Positions 29,927-42,474 of a stretch of 64,000 nucleotides of DNA are shown here, in pieces (within the stretch, counting starts at the first letter, position 1; the number at the start of each line of letters is the position of its first letter). Source of the DNA: an uncultured Verrucomicrobiae bacterium (lineage in GTDB: Bacteria > Verrucomicrobiota > Verrucomicrobiia > Chthoniobacterales > Chthoniobacteraceae); assembly GCA_963828525.1 (NCBI GenBank), contig CAWHEP010000002.1, positions 352,001-416,000 on the forward strand. Reading direction: 5' to 3'. The notes below the pieces were generated by a model that saw nothing but the letters and a program-made list of their open reading frames with translations, was not told the origin of the DNA and searched no databases. Position numbers and translations under genes: made by a program.

Positions 29927-30664
29927 ATGCATCAGTTCATGCCTCTTGCTACTCCGTTGCCGGACAACGCGGCGGGCCCGTGCGTTTGTGCCGTTATGCC
30001 GGTTTACAACGAAGCGGCCACGATTGGTGAGATCGTCAAAATGGTAACTGCCCAACCTTGTGTGGCGGAGCTTATCATTGTAGATGACGCGTCCACGGAC
30101 GGTACCTGGGAGACTTTGCAGCGGCTTCCCGAAGATCCCCGGATTAGGACCTTTCGCCATGAGACTAACAGGGGAAAGGGTGCAGCCTTGCGCACTGGCA
30201 TATCTTCTGCCACTGCGGATATAGTCATCATTCAGGATGCGGATATGGAGTATGATCCGGCTGAATACCAGATACTGATTCAGCCCATTGTGCTTGATCG
30301 TGCGGATGTTGTTTTTGGATCGCGGTTCAACGGCGCGGGCGCGCATCGGGTTCTTTACTACTGGCATTCAATCGGGAATAGGTTGCTGACAACCCTTTCC
30401 AACATGGCGACGAATCTAAACCTGAGTGACATGGAGACTTGTTACAAAGTATTTCGCCGGGAGGTCATCCAACAGATCACCATCCAGGAGGACCGGTTCG
30501 GCTTTGAACCCGAAATCACGGCCAAAGTGGCTCGCGCTGGAGTGCGAATTTACGAGGTGCCTATATCTTATTATGGCCGTACTTATGCAGAAGGTAAAAA
30601 GATAAACTGGCGCGATGGCATCCAGGCTCTCGTGTGCATTTTCAGGTATAACTTTACCAGATAG
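29927..30664 (+). CDS. GT2 glycosyltransferase (polyprenol-phosphate sugar synthase-like)
   Basis: [43 protein letters not shown]. Confidence 0.92.
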   Translation: MHQFMPLATPLPDNAAGPCVCAVMPVYNEAATIGEIVKMVTAQPCVAELIIVDDASTDGTWETLQRLPEDPRIRTFRHETNRGKGAALRTGISSATADIVIIQDADMEYDPAEYQILIQPIVLDRADVVFGSRFNGAGAHRVLYYWHSIGNRLLTTLSNMATNLNLSDMETCYKVFRREVIQQITIQEDRFGFEPEITAKVARAGVRIYEVPISYYGRTYAEGKKINWRDGIQALVCIFRYNFTR

Positions 30665-30689
30665 GCGAATTGCAACCATATTGTTACCA

Positions 30690-31424
30690 ATGGCTTTTCC
30701 GATCCCGAACGCTACCGCCACCTCCAATGATTTTGAATTTGCCGCTCTTAACGAGGCGCGGAACTATCGAAAGGCGCTCATTAGCGAGTTTATGCCTTTC
30801 CTGCGCGGAAATCTGATTGAGATTGGGGCAGGGATCGGTCAGACCACGGCACTGCTTGCGGGGATGCGGCAAATCTCACGCCTGATTTCCATCGAGCCGG
30901 ATGCGGCGTTCGCCGAACGCTTCCGTACTACGCACCCCGCGGTTGAGTTTATCGAAGGGACCATCGAGAAGGTGCCGAACGGAACAGAATGGGATGCGAT
31001 TCTAAGTGTCAACGTACTCGAGCATATAGCGGAAGATGAAGCAGAACTTGCCCGCTATGCCCGGGTGCTTGCCGCGCGGCAGGGAGCGCTTTGCCTGTTA
31101 GTGCCTGCGCGCCCGGAAATATACGCTCCTATCGATCGTGATTTTGGGCATTACCGGCGGTACACCCGCTCTCAGTTGTCAGAACAACTGCGGGCGGCGG
31201 GATTCAAGCTGGAGCGTCTGATTTACTTTAACTGCGCAGGGTATTTCGCCTGGTGGTTCAACTTTTGCGTTTTGAAAAAGCGGAGTTTTGAGATCGGCAA
31301 GGTTCGGGCGTATGACCGGGTGATATTCCCGATCGTCCACGCATTCGAGACTTCGGTGATGCGACCTCCTTTCGGACAAAGCCTGCTGGCAGTTGCGCGG
31401 GCGCAAGCGAGCGCCGCACGGTGA
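30690..31424 (+). CDS. Class I SAM-dependent methyltransferase
   Basis: EIGAGIG, NVLEHI, VPA, D..GHYRRY. Confidence 0.88.
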   Translation: MAFPIPNATATSNDFEFAALNEARNYRKALISEFMPFLRGNLIEIGAGIGQTTALLAGMRQISRLISIEPDAAFAERFRTTHPAVEFIEGTIEKVPNGTEWDAILSVNVLEHIAEDEAELARYARVLAARQGALCLLVPARPEIYAPIDRDFGHYRRYTRSQLSEQLRAAGFKLERLIYFNCAGYFAWWFNFCVLKKRSFEIGKVRAYDRVIFPIVHAFETSVMRPPFGQSLLAVARAQASAAR

Positions 31425-31548
31425 GTGCCAGATTTGGCTTTGAAGCCAAAGCAGAGCAGCGTTTTCGCCGCCGACAGTATCGCCCAATCCATCTAGTACA
31501 TTTGCACTTGCCCCGCCATGCCGGGGCGACATCATCCCCTTCTTTCCC

Positions 31549-32532
31549 ATGTTGATCAGCCTTATCATTCCTGTCCTGAACGAAGCGGACAATCTCCCGC
31601 ACTGCTGGGCTCGGATCACGGAGTTGGCGGGGAAAGAGCCGGGATTTAACTTTGAGGCCATCTTCGTGGACGACGGGAGCGCGGATGAAACGGTGGAAAT
31701 CGCCAAGGGATTGGAGCCCGGTCCGCGGCTTTCCATTCGATTGGTGAAACTGTCGCGGAATTTCGGGCACCAAGGCGCCATCTCGGCCGGGATGACTTAC
31801 GCGAAAGGGGATGCGCTGGTCTTTATGGATGCGGATCTGCAGGACCCGCCGGAGTTAATCCACGAATTCCTGGAGAAGTTCAGCGAAGGGTACGACGTGG
31901 TGTATGCGGTGCGGCGGAGGCGGAAGGAGTCGTGGCTGATCAAGCTCTGCTTCAAAGTATTTTACATGCTGTTCAACGCGATGGCGGAACGGCCCATTCC
32001 GCTCGATTCCGGTGATTTCGGGCTGATGAGCCGGCGGGTGGCGAAGCTGGTGCAGGCAATGCCGGAACAGGACCGGTTTGTGCGCGGATTGCGAAGCTGG
32101 GTGGGGTTCAAGCAAATTGGCCTGCCTTATGACCGGCCGGAAAGGTTGCACGGGGAGAGCCAATACAATCTGGGCAAGTATCTGCGGCTGGCCATGGATG
32201 GCATCTTCAGCTTTTCCAGGGTGCCGCTGCGCTTTGCCCTGGGCATCGGAATCCTGACGGTCGGGCTGTCGATGGCTTACCTGGCGGTTTCTTATGTTAC
32301 GACTTTCGTCTTCGGCATTCGACTGATTGCCGGCTGGGCTTCGATCGTGACGCTGATCTTGATTGTCGGCGGCGCCAATATCGTCGTGACTAGCGTGGTC
32401 GGGGAGTATGTGGTCCGGATTTACTTTCAGCTCAAATCGCGGCCGCTCTTCGTCGTGGATGACGTTTATGAGAGTCCTGCGCGCGGATTAGCTCCGGGCG
32501 AAAGAGAGGGGAATTCGCCGAGGATTGATTGA
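31549..32532 (+). CDS. GT2 glycosyltransferase, GtrB/ArnC-like with two C-terminal TMs
   Basis: VDDGS, LSRNFGHQ, DADLQDPP, GDFGL, VGEYV.RIY. Confidence 0.92.
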   Translation: MLISLIIPVLNEADNLPHCWARITELAGKEPGFNFEAIFVDDGSADETVEIAKGLEPGPRLSIRLVKLSRNFGHQGAISAGMTYAKGDALVFMDADLQDPPELIHEFLEKFSEGYDVVYAVRRRRKESWLIKLCFKVFYMLFNAMAERPIPLDSGDFGLMSRRVAKLVQAMPEQDRFVRGLRSWVGFKQIGLPYDRPERLHGESQYNLGKYLRLAMDGIFSFSRVPLRFALGIGILTVGLSMAYLAVSYVTTFVFGIRLIAGWASIVTLILIVGGANIVVTSVVGEYVVRIYFQLKSRPLFVVDDVYESPARGLAPGEREGNSPRID

Positions 32533-32561
32533 GAGAAGCAGCCCGGATGAGAGTGTGACGA

Positions 32562-34691
32562 TTACGCCCAGCCAGGCGGCGGCAGAGATGTAGGCGGAGT
32601 GCGGGCTTTGAGGATCAGTGACGTGCCTGCGGGCAGGAGACGAGCGATCGCCGTGTAACCATTTTGGGCCATCAAGGGAATTTCCCGATCGGGCTGATCC
32701 GCTTGCCAGCAATGAAGAAAGGGGCTGAAGCCGACTGGCAGGAGCGTCGTCCCGTTCGGCTGCAAATCGTCGGGCACGATGCTCAACCGCGCCTCCCGGA
32801 GGCCGCGCTCCATGGTGGGGCCGGCAAGGTGAAGATCAATGCCGTTCGTCACGGGGCGCACCTCGCCGAAGGAACGAAGGTCGATGGACATTGGCACATC
32901 TTGGCGCCAAATCACGTCGGTGACGCGAAGCCATCTTAGCCTTTGCAGGATGGCTGCCGCCTCGGAAGGCGAATGAACGACGGCCAGGCTGGAGTGGAAG
33001 GCATTTACTTCCAGCCCGGGTTGGGACTGTTCCTCGTGATCGAGAGTGCTGATCCCGGAATACCCCAGGGAGTGGAATAGATAGTCTTCCCGGTCGCCGG
33101 TGTTGCCCGCGCCTTGCGGCCAGATAACCAAGAAGCTGGACGTGCTTAGGGGGTAAGTAGCAAAGTCAGCCGCGCGCAACCTTTGATTCTCCGGCAAGGA
33201 AAAGTAAGCCGGCCGCAACCAATACGGGCATTGCTCCAGGAACAGCAGCAGCATCAGCAAGCCAATCCAGCGGGGCCGGCGCAGCCAGAGATCGAGGGGT
33301 TTGGCGGCCGCCAGGGCCAAGCCGGCCGCGAAGAAGATAAAGCTGCGGTTATTGACCTTGAGGAGCTTTACCCCAGGGATGGCCGAGACAAGAGGGGAAT
33401 CCCTGCCGTAGAATAAGATGGCGCCTCCCACAAACAGACAGGCGGCAAAGCTAAGATAGAAGGTCCCGCTTTTCCGCGCGCTGGCGATAAAACGCCGCCC
33501 ATGGGTTATCCAGCCGGCCGCAATGAGAGCGAACAAGATCAGGCTGATGTATTCCCCCGCCTCCTCCCGGGTTGGGGCCGCCAGGTATTTGACGACCCAT
33601 TTGCAATTCTCGCCGATGCGAACGACCGAGTCCTGGAAGGCGGATATCTGACCGGGCTGGTAAGTATTGAAAGGGCCCAGCGTCTTCAGTGAGACTAAGT
33701 AGGGAAACGCGACCAGGCCCGTCAGCAGGCCGGCCCCGGCGGCCTGCGCGAGCAAGTGTTGTCGCCCCTGCCCGGGGGCGCGGAATAGGGCAAAGAAGAA
33801 GGGAGGCGCCAGAAAGTAAACGGTGAAGAGGGCTGTGACCGGATGAGCCAAGACACAGAGGCCCAGCCAATAACCGGTGCGAAGGGCGTGCCGGAGTTTT
33901 CCGGACTGGAACCAGCGCAAACAGGCGTGGAAGGCCCAGACGGCGAGTGCGCTGGCGACGAGAGTGGGGACGGAGGCGGAAATGTAGTAGAGCAACATCT
34001 CATGGCAGCCGGTGAGCGTGAGCGCGGGAAGGGCGCAGGCGAGCCGGGAAAAGCGGCAGGTCCGCAAGACCCGGTACAAGCCGGCCAGCATGAACAGGTG
34101 GGCAGCGGCGCAGAGAAACTCGAGGTTAAGATCCGTTTGCGCCGGCAGGAGGAGATTAAGGGCTCCGCCGAGCAAGGTTCGGAGCATGGGATATTGCAAA
34201 CCCAGCGTGGTGCCGTTGGCATAGCGGAAAGTATAGAAAGGCCATTCCCCGGCGCGGTAACTGGCGCTCGCCTCCGCGATGGCATTCACATGGCAGAGAA
34301 GATCCCCGGCATCCACAGGCCGGGCGGTAAAGTAAATGGGCAATTGGCAGAGGCCGGCGCTGATCAGGAGCATGGCCGCGCCGCGCCGGGTTTGTAAGTA
34401 ACCGACCGGCGATCCCGTCCGCAGTATTGACAGGAAATAAATGACGAAGCCCAGGAAGAAAAGCAATGAGACGGCGGCGATGAAGGGATGGCCCGAGAGA
34501 ACCGAAACGGCTTTGGCATGCAGACCGCCGAGACTGCCCTTGGTGGAAAGAATTTGATGGCTGAGAACAGAGAACGAAACGAACGACAAGGCCAGCGAAG
34601 CAAGTCCGAAGCTGTTCCATACGGCTCGGTGGCCGGGCTCGTTTACGGCCGCCGGGACTTCAGATCGCATGCGGCACCGAAGCAGGGGCAA
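32562..34691 (-). CDS. Polytopic membrane protein, GT-C-like glycosyltransferase
   Basis: 709 aa, many TMs, GDL..H, WP.Y...YA.G.....QYP loop; converges on the GT2 operon. Confidence 0.55.
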   Translation of the reverse strand: MPLLRCRMRSEVPAAVNEPGHRAVWNSFGLASLALSFVSFSVLSHQILSTKGSLGGLHAKAVSVLSGHPFIAAVSLLFFLGFVIYFLSILRTGSPVGYLQTRRGAAMLLISAGLCQLPIYFTARPVDAGDLLCHVNAIAEASASYRAGEWPFYTFRYANGTTLGLQYPMLRTLLGGALNLLLPAQTDLNLEFLCAAAHLFMLAGLYRVLRTCRFSRLACALPALTLTGCHEMLLYYISASVPTLVASALAVWAFHACLRWFQSGKLRHALRTGYWLGLCVLAHPVTALFTVYFLAPPFFFALFRAPGQGRQHLLAQAAGAGLLTGLVAFPYLVSLKTLGPFNTYQPGQISAFQDSVVRIGENCKWVVKYLAAPTREEAGEYISLILFALIAAGWITHGRRFIASARKSGTFYLSFAACLFVGGAILFYGRDSPLVSAIPGVKLLKVNNRSFIFFAAGLALAAAKPLDLWLRRPRWIGLLMLLLFLEQCPYWLRPAYFSLPENQRLRAADFATYPLSTSSFLVIWPQGAGNTGDREDYLFHSLGYSGISTLDHEEQSQPGLEVNAFHSSLAVVHSPSEAAAILQRLRWLRVTDVIWRQDVPMSIDLRSFGEVRPVTNGIDLHLAGPTMERGLREARLSIVPDDLQPNGTTLLPVGFSPFLHCWQADQPDREIPLMAQNGYTAIARLLPAGTSLILKARTPPTSLPPPGWA

Positions 34692-34757
34692 AATTGGCCG
34701 TCAAGGGAATTGGACCCGCCGGCAGCGGGCAAGAGAGGACCGCAATCTGGTTGTAAC

Positions 34758-35830
34758 CTATGGCGGAGCAAACTGAAACGCTTGCAAGGCCGGGAGCAGG
34801 TTGCCCGAGGGATCGAACAGGGCGCGATCGCCGTGGTGATTGGCCCTCCCGGCCGGGTCTCTCCAGCGGTCCGCAATCCATTCCGGAGCCCAGTAGAAAA
34901 CTCCCGCGCCCCGGCCCTCCGGCGTGGCTGCGACGGTGCGGAAGAGTTCCTCCAGGAATGATTTCTGGCCTTCCGGAGAGCGCGGGAAAGGCAGGCGGCC
35001 TTGTTCCGCGCCGTTCATTGCGTAGCTGGTTTCGACGACGATAATGTTCTTCTGGTAAGTCCGGGCCAGGAAATCGAGGTTCGCCCGAAGGTTCCCGAAG
35101 TCATCTTGTCCGGAAGGATAGAACGATAAACCGATAAAATCGAAGTCCACTCCCTGTTTTTGCAGGTTATCATAAAACCACCGGCACATCGCCTCTTCGC
35201 TGCCCCGGTTGACGTGGATCATGACTTTTATCTTGCCGTCCGGATCGTCTTCTTTCATCCCCTGCAAAGCCGCCTTGAGAAATCCGGCGAAAGGCTCCCA
35301 GTTGGTTTTGACACTAAGGGGCCCGCCTATGGGCCAGAGCATGCCATTGCTGATTTCATTGCCCAGCGCGACCATGTCCGGCGAGCAGCCCTGCTGGCGG
35401 AAAGCGGCAAGGGTGCCGCGGGTATAAGTGCGAACCCGGTTCGCCAATTGAGAGGGCGGCAGGTCCTTCCATTGGCCCGGGATGAACTGGTGCCCGGGAT
35501 CCGCCCATTTGTCGGAGTAATGGAAATCCAGCAGAAGGTGGAACCCGGCCAGCTTGGCGCGCTTGGCCAGCGCCAATGTATAAGAGAGGGTGTTTACCTG
35601 CCCTTTGGTGCCATCCGGATTTACAAAGAGCCGCAGGCGGACGTAGTTGCAGCCGTGCTCTTTGAAGATCAGCAGCGGGTCCTTGACCTGTCCCGCTTCG
35701 CGGTAGGTTACGCCATGATCCTGAAGGTACTGCAGCATGGATAGGTCCGCGCCTTTGGCAAATTCTCCCTGGGAAGCAGCCCGGCTGCATCCGCCGGAGA
35801 GGAAGGTAAGAAGGCAACACAGTTCAGCAT
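34758..35830 (-). CDS. GH53 arabinogalactan endo-beta-1,4-galactanase
   Basis: KGADLS, VRLRLFVNP, DFHYSDKWADPGHQ, GNEI, VETSY, FYW.PEW; start uncertain (possible 5' frameshift). Confidence 0.9.
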
Positions 35831-35915
35831 GAGAGCGGCTCCGAGCGCCCCAAGGTGGAACTTATGCACAAACTTGGCACATGGCACTTAATGAAGGACG
35901 AAGCGCGGCCTGCGC

Positions 35916-38686
35916 TTACACAGGGCCGCCGGCGCTTTTCAGCGCCTCCTGCATGTGCGCGATATGGTCGGGGTCCCGCACTTTGCGGCCGTCGAAGTTG
36001 GTAACGTAGAAGCTATCGATGGCGGCGCCCTTCTCCGTGGTGATGCGGGAAAGGGCGATATTCACTTGCGCGTCGGTGAAGGCGCGCAGCAGGAAATAGA
36101 GGAGGCCGAGGCGGTCCGGCGTTTGCAGATCGACCAGGGTGTAAACCGGGTGCGCGTCATTATCGATGGAGATGCGCGTGGGGAAGTCGAGTTCCTGGGA
36201 AAGATGAAAGCCGGGGCGGCGCTTGGCCTTCTGGAGCAAGCGGGCGGAAATCGAAATCTTCCTGCGAAAGAGCCAGGCGCAGGTTTTTCTCCACGTTCGC
36301 GATGTCGCGCTGGTCGGTCACGGCCTGGAACTTCGTGTCGCAGACGCGGAAGATATCCAGCACCATGCTGTCGCTGCGGGTGAAGATATCGGCGCTGAGG
36401 ATGTTCAGGTGAGCGACGGAGAGGGAGCCGGCGATCTTGGTGAGCAGAGCCTTGCGGTCCCAGCGTGCAGATCCAGACTTCGGTGTGCCCCTGCTCCGGG
36501 CGCGCGAATCCATTTGACCACCGGGGCCAGCGCGTTTTCGCCTTCGCTGGCGGCGATTTCCAGGAAGCTGTGGAAATGCCGGATGTGGGCGGCGATCTCC
36601 TCGGCGGAGTTCGTCTGGAAATAGTAGTCCGGCATGAACTGGAAGTGCGCGTCCACTTCATCCTCGAATTCCGGCGGCAACGCGGCGAGACTTCGCCCCG
36701 CAGGCTCTCGCGCTCGATGTTCCGCTGGCGGTAGAACGATTCGCCATCCTGCAGGAAATGGGTGGTGGAGCGATAGAGCTGCCAGACGAGCGATTCCTTC
36801 CAGTCCGACCAGTTCTCATCGCCCGTGCCCTGGCCATCGACGAGCGTCAGCAGCATGAGCGCGTCGAGATTCGCCTGGTTTTTCACCACGTTCGCAAATT
36901 CCTCGACCGTGGCGGGATCATCCAGGTTGCGCCGCTGGGCCACATTGGAGAGCGTCATGTGGTTATCCACCAGCAGGATGAGCGATTTGCGCCGCTCCGA
37001 GGAGAGCTGGAGCCGGCGAGGCGACTTTCTGCGCGTAGAGCGCGCTGGCCTCGGCGTGGTGGCGCGCGCCGGTGGCCTTGCCGGTATCGTGCAGGATGAG
37101 CGCGAGGTAGAGCACGAAGGGGTCTTCCAGCTTGTGGAAGAGCGTGCGGTAGTCGTGCAGCTTCGGCGTCGCTCGTATCGATGAGCGAGTCGAGCTTCTC
37201 GATGCAGACCAGGGTGTGTTCATCCGCGGTGTAGCGGTGGAAAAACTCGTGCTGCACCAGGCAGGTGAGCTCGCCGAACTCCGGGATGTAGCGCCCCAGG
37301 AAATCGACCGTGTGCATCATGCGCAGCGTGCGCCCGACCTCGCCCTTGCGGGAGAGGATGGCGGAGAAAGTCTCGCGCGCCGCGCGGGAGTATTGGAAGG
37401 TGCGATCCACCAGCTGCAGGCGGCGGCGGACCAATTGCTGGAGCTCCGGGCGAGAGCCGCAGGTGCCGGAGCTGCGCGTGCTGGAAGACGCGCATGAGCG
37501 CGGTAGGGGTCCTGGTTGAAAACGTCGCGGCTGTCCGCGTAGATCAGGTCGTCCTCGCGAGTGGAAGCCGTCGAAATGTTCCACCGGCTTGCGGCGGCTG
37601 GGCAGGAGGCCGAGGAGGCCGGAGCGCTTGGCCTCCAGCTCGCTCAGGCAGAGGCGCTCGGCGAGCAGTTCGGTGAGGTGAAAGATATTGCGCGCGTGCT
37701 GGTAGTACTCGCGCATGAAGGCCTCGGTGCGGCGCAGGATATTCTTCTGCGGGTAGTTGAAGCTGTTGGCGATCTGGCCCTGGAAGACGAGGCTGAGGAC
37801 ATCCGTGCCGCGCTTGTTCAGGTAGTGCAGCTCGGTGCGGACGCGGAGGAGGAAATCGTAGGCGCGATCCAGCTGGCGGCGCTCGGCTTCCGTGAGGAGC
37901 TTTTTCTGCACGAGGCCGGCCGTGGAGGGGACGCCCTCCTTGAAGAAGGCGACCCAGAGCAGGTTTTGGTAATCGCGCAGGCTGCCGCAGCCGTTCTTGG
38001 TATTCGGCTCCTGCATGAAAACGGAGCCGCCGAATTTCGCGTGGCGCTCCGCCTGGTTGGTCACGCGCTCCAGGATGTAGGCCTTCTCGTGCCCGCGCAC
38101 GCAGCGCTTCACGAACTCGGTGCGGAATTGCTCGAAGAGCGGCTTGTCGCCCGGCCACGTGCCGCGCCTCCAGCAGCGAGGTCTTGGAGAGCATGTCGAT
38201 ATTGGCCTGCTTGACGGCGCCGGCGATGGAGCGGGTGGAATGGCCGACCTTGAAGCCGATGTCCCAGAGCATGTAGAGGATGAGCTGGACGATCTCGTTG
38301 AGCTGCGGGCGGGATCTCCTTCACCGAGGTGGCGTGCAGGAACATGATATCGACATCGCTGAAGGGGTTCAGCTCGCCGCGGCCATAGCCGCCGATGGCC
38401 ACGAGCGAGATATCCGGCAGGCCCGGGTGCATATCCTGCGCCTTGGCCACCGAGGCCTCGAAGAGATGGCGCAGAACGATATCCACCAGGCTGGCGCGCT
38501 GGTGGGCGATCTCGCGGCCGCCCTCGCCCGCGTAATGCTTCAGGCGGAGGCGGTGGTTTTCGATCTTGAGGAAGCGCTTGTAGAGGGCGAGGAGCTCCGC
38601 GGGGCTTTCCTTGCCTTGGCGGGCCAGTTGCTGCTCCGCGTGCGCGAGCACTTTCTCGCGATGGCGCAGGACCGTGTCCGAGCCAT
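35916..38686 (-). CDS. glnD: [Protein-PII] uridylyltransferase/uridylyl-removing enzyme, several frameshifts
   Basis: AIGGYGRGELNPFSDVD, EPN.K.G.G.LRD, FHRYTADEH, LHDTGK, two ACT domains ending TEKGAAIDSFYV. Confidence 0.92.
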
Positions 38687-38734
38687 CGCGTAACGGAGGG
38701 CGCGGTGGCGCGCGGCGGTGGTGGTTTTGCTCGC

Positions 38735-40129
38735 TCACTTCAACTGGATTCCGTAACGCTTCATCTTCGAGTACAGGGTGGGGCGGTGGATGCCCAGTAC
38801 GGTGGCGGCCTTCTTTTTGTTGCCGTGGCACTGGGCCAGGGCGCGCAGGATGGCTTCGCGCTCGCGTTCCTCCAGCTTCAGATTGGTATCCGGCGCCCAG
38901 GGGGCGGTTGGCCACTTCCTGCAGGATGGCGCGGGAGGTGCAGCTCGCGCGGGCAGATGCTTCATCGGTGACCAGCGCCGTCCTCGGAGAGGACGACGCT
39001 GTGCTCCACGGCGTTCTGCAATTCGCGCACGTTGCCCGGCCAGCTGTAGTCGACGAGGTACTGGAAGGCCTCCGGGGTGAATTGCGGCTCCGGCTTGTTC
39101 ATCTGCGAGGCGAAGCGGCGGGCGAAAAGGGCGGTGAGCGAGGGGATATCCTCGCGGCGTTCGCGCAGCGGCGGGACCTCGATCTGGAAGGTCTTCAGGC
39201 GGTAGTAGAGGTCCTGGCGCAGGCCGCCCGAGGCGAGGGCCTCCGGGATGGCGCGGTTGGTCGCGGCCACGAGGCGGAAGTTCGCCTTGATGGTCTTGGT
39301 GCTGCCCGAGCGGGCGGAACTCGCGCTCCTGGAGCACGCGCAGGAAGCGGGTCTGCAGCTCCGGCGGCATCTCGGCGATTTCATCGAGGAACAGGGTGCC
39401 GCCCGAGGATTCCTGGATCATGCCGGGGAAATCGTTCACCGCGCCGGTAAAGGCGCCCTTCACGTAGCCGAAAAGCTCGGACTCGATCATGTTCTGCGGG
39501 AAGGCGGCGCAGTTCAATTTCACGAGCGGGCCGTGGTGGCGCTGGCTGCCGCGGTGGAGCATGTTCGCGATGACTTCCTTGCCGACGCCGCTCTCGCCGG
39601 TGATGAGGACATTGGCATCGCTGGGCGCAACGCGGGCGACGAGATCGTTGATCTCGCGCATGCGGCGGCTGGTGAAGACCGGGGCGAGCTGCTGCTGCAC
39701 CTCCTCGAGCTGGCGGGAGAGCTCGGCGGTCTTCGCCATGAGGTGTCTCGCGGTCGATGACGAGCTCGCGCTGCTCGAGGGCGCGGCGGATCACGTTCAC
39801 CAGTTCCTCTGGCGCGTAGGGCTTGGAGATGAAATGGAAGGCGCCGAGCTTGATGGACTCGATGGCGTTGCTGAGCGAATCCTGCGCGGTGATGATGATG
39901 ACGACGACTCCGGGGTGGAGTTGCTTGATGCGGGCGAGCGTCTCGAGTCCATCGGCATCCGGCAGGCCGAGGTCCTGCAGGACGAGCTCGGGCTTGGATT
40001 TCTCGAGCGGCGGCGATGCCGGCGGCGGCGGTGGCGGCGACCTGGACGGCGATAGCCGTGGCGCTTCAGCAGGGCCTCGAGCGTGAGCAGGATGGGCCGC
40101 TCGTCATCGATGATGAGGATCTTGTTCAT
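38735..40129 (-). CDS. Sigma54-dependent response regulator (NtrC family), frameshifted
   Basis: Receiver [43 protein letters not shown], Fis HTH. Confidence 0.92.
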
Positions 40130-40843
40130 CGTTCAAGCCGGAGCGGCTCCGGCCGTGACCGGGAAGCTGAGGCGGACCCGCATCTCTCCGGCGGCTTCGT
40201 CGTAGCGGGCATCCCACGTTCCGCCCAGCGCAGCCAGGATGCGGCGCACATGGAAAAGGCCGAGCCCATAGCCGCCGCGGCGGTCGGAAACAAGCGGCTC
40301 GCGGCCCCAGCGCATGGGATCGCCCGCGGGGGCGGAACGGACGCTGGCGGACCTCGAAGAGCGACCGCGCCGGATGCGGCGCGCGCGGAAAAATGGATGG
40401 GCACGTCGCCTTCACGGAAGTAGAGGGCGTTGGTGAGGATCTCCACGAGGGCGGCGGTAAGGAGATTGAAGTCGAGGTTGATCTCCTCGCCGCCGAGCGG
40501 CGATCTCCCAGACGATGCGTTTGGCCTGCGCCTCGAATTTCCGGTCGACGGTATCCTGGACGCCCTCCACGAGCTCGGCGGCCGGGTAGTTCAGCAGGGT
40601 GGGCCGCAGTTCGCCGAAGCGCGAAGAGAGCGCCTGCATGGCCTCGGTGACGTGATTGACCATGTCGCGAAGCTTGCCGAGCTCCGTCGCGGACTTCTTT
40701 TTCCTCGGCGATCTCCGCGATGAAGGAGGACTGGAGGTCGATGGCGTTCAGGCCGTTGCGGACGTCGTGCGTGATGAGGCGCACGAAGGCCGGCCACGCG
40801 GTCGAAGGCCACGGGGGGAAGCGGATCGGGTAGAGTTATCCAT
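40126..40843 (-). CDS. Short cytoplasmic histidine kinase, frameshifted
   Basis: THDVRNGL H-box, EILTNA N-box, GYGLGL G2 box; no sensor domain. Confidence 0.75.
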
Positions 40844-40851
40844 TGGGGGAT

Positions 40852-42422
40852 TTACAGTACACGGAACGTCTCGGCGCCGGGAGTGGAGGCGCTCGATTTC
40901 TCGCATCTTCGGACGAGTTTGCCGCCAAATGATTCAAGACATGGTAGACGTCTTCCGCATCGGCGCTGGACGGCGGCGGCGATCTGCTCCGCGGTTTGCC
41001 CCTCGCCGCCGAGGGCGGCGCGGACTTCGCTCTGCAGGGCGAGCACGCGAGCGGCGGCTTTCTTGCCCGCCTCCACGCCGGGCTGGTGGTAGGCGTTGAT
41101 ATTGACCAGGCTGGCGTAGAAGCCGACGGCCCGCTCGTAGAGGGCGATGAGCGCGCCGACGATGAAGGCGTCGACCGCGGGGACGGAGAGCGTCATGGAG
41201 TCGCGGCCGTTTTCGTAGAGGGCCGTGCGGGTGCCGCGCAGGAAGCCCTGGAGGTAATCGCCGCGCGGTGACGCCGGGCTCGACTTCCAGCGGTGCGCCA
41301 TCCAGGTCCTTTCGCACCTCGATGAAGGTGGCGAAGAAATTCGGCACGCCCTCGCGCAACTGCTGCACGTAAGCGTGCTGGTCGGTGGAGCCTTTGTTGC
41401 CATACACGGCGATGCCCTGGTGGACGATGTTGCCCGTCGAGATCGCGCTCCTTGCCGAGCGATTCCATGACGAGCTGCTGGAGGTATTTCGAGAAGAGCA
41501 CGAGCCGGTCCTTGTAGGGCAGGATGACCATGTCCTTCTCGCCCTTGCCCTTGCCGGCGTAGTGCCACATGAGCGCGAGGAGCATGGCGGCGTTTTCCTT
41601 CTCCTTCGGGATGCGGGTCTTTTCATCCATGGCGGCGGCGCCGGCCAGGAATTGGTCGATGTCGAGCCCCTGCAAGGCCATGGGCACCAGGCCCACGGCG
41701 CTCATGACCGAGGTGCGGCCGCCCACCCAATCCCACATCGGGAAACGGCGCAGCCAGCCGCCTTTTACCGCGACCTGGTCGAGCTCGCTGCCCGCGCCGG
41801 TCACGGCCACGGCGTGCTCGGCGAAGTTCAGCCCGGCGCGCTCGTAGCGGGCCTGGGCTTCCAGCATGCCGTTGCGGGTTTCCTTGGTGCCGCCGGATTT
41901 GGAGACGACGAGGGTGAGAGTGGTGGCGAGCCGCTCGATGGCGTCGAAGGTTTTGTCGAAGCCGTCGGGGTCGGTGTTGTCGAGAAAGTGGATGCGCATG
42001 GCATCCGCCTGCGTGCCGAGGGCCTGGGCGATGAATTGCGGGCCCGAGCGCGGAGCCGCCGATGCCGATCAGCAGCACGTCGGTGAATTTCGCGCCGCCG
42101 GCGGTGATCTTGCCGCCGTGGATGGCGGCGGCGAAGTCCTGGATATCGGCCTTGGTCTGCTCGATTTCCTGGCGCAGTTCCGGGGTGGGCGCAAGCGCGG
42201 GATTGCGCAGCCAGTAGTGGCCGACCATGCGCTTTTCGTCGGGGTTGGCGATGGCGCCGGCCTCCAGCTCGCGCATGGCGGCGAAGGCCTCGGCGGCGAG
42301 CGGCTCCATTTTGGGCAGGAAATCGTCGCCGAAACGCATCCGGCTGATATCGAGAGAAATGCCTAAATCTTCGTAGCGGACGAGGTACGACTGGAATCGG
42401 CCCCAAAGAGATGGTGTGACAT
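40852..42422 (-). CDS. pgi: Glucose-6-phosphate isomerase, frameshifted
   Basis: [57 protein letters not shown]. Confidence 0.95.
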
Positions 42423-42474
42423 GGGGCAATTCGACGAAAGTTTGCCCCGGAAAGGAATGCAAAATTTGCGGGAG

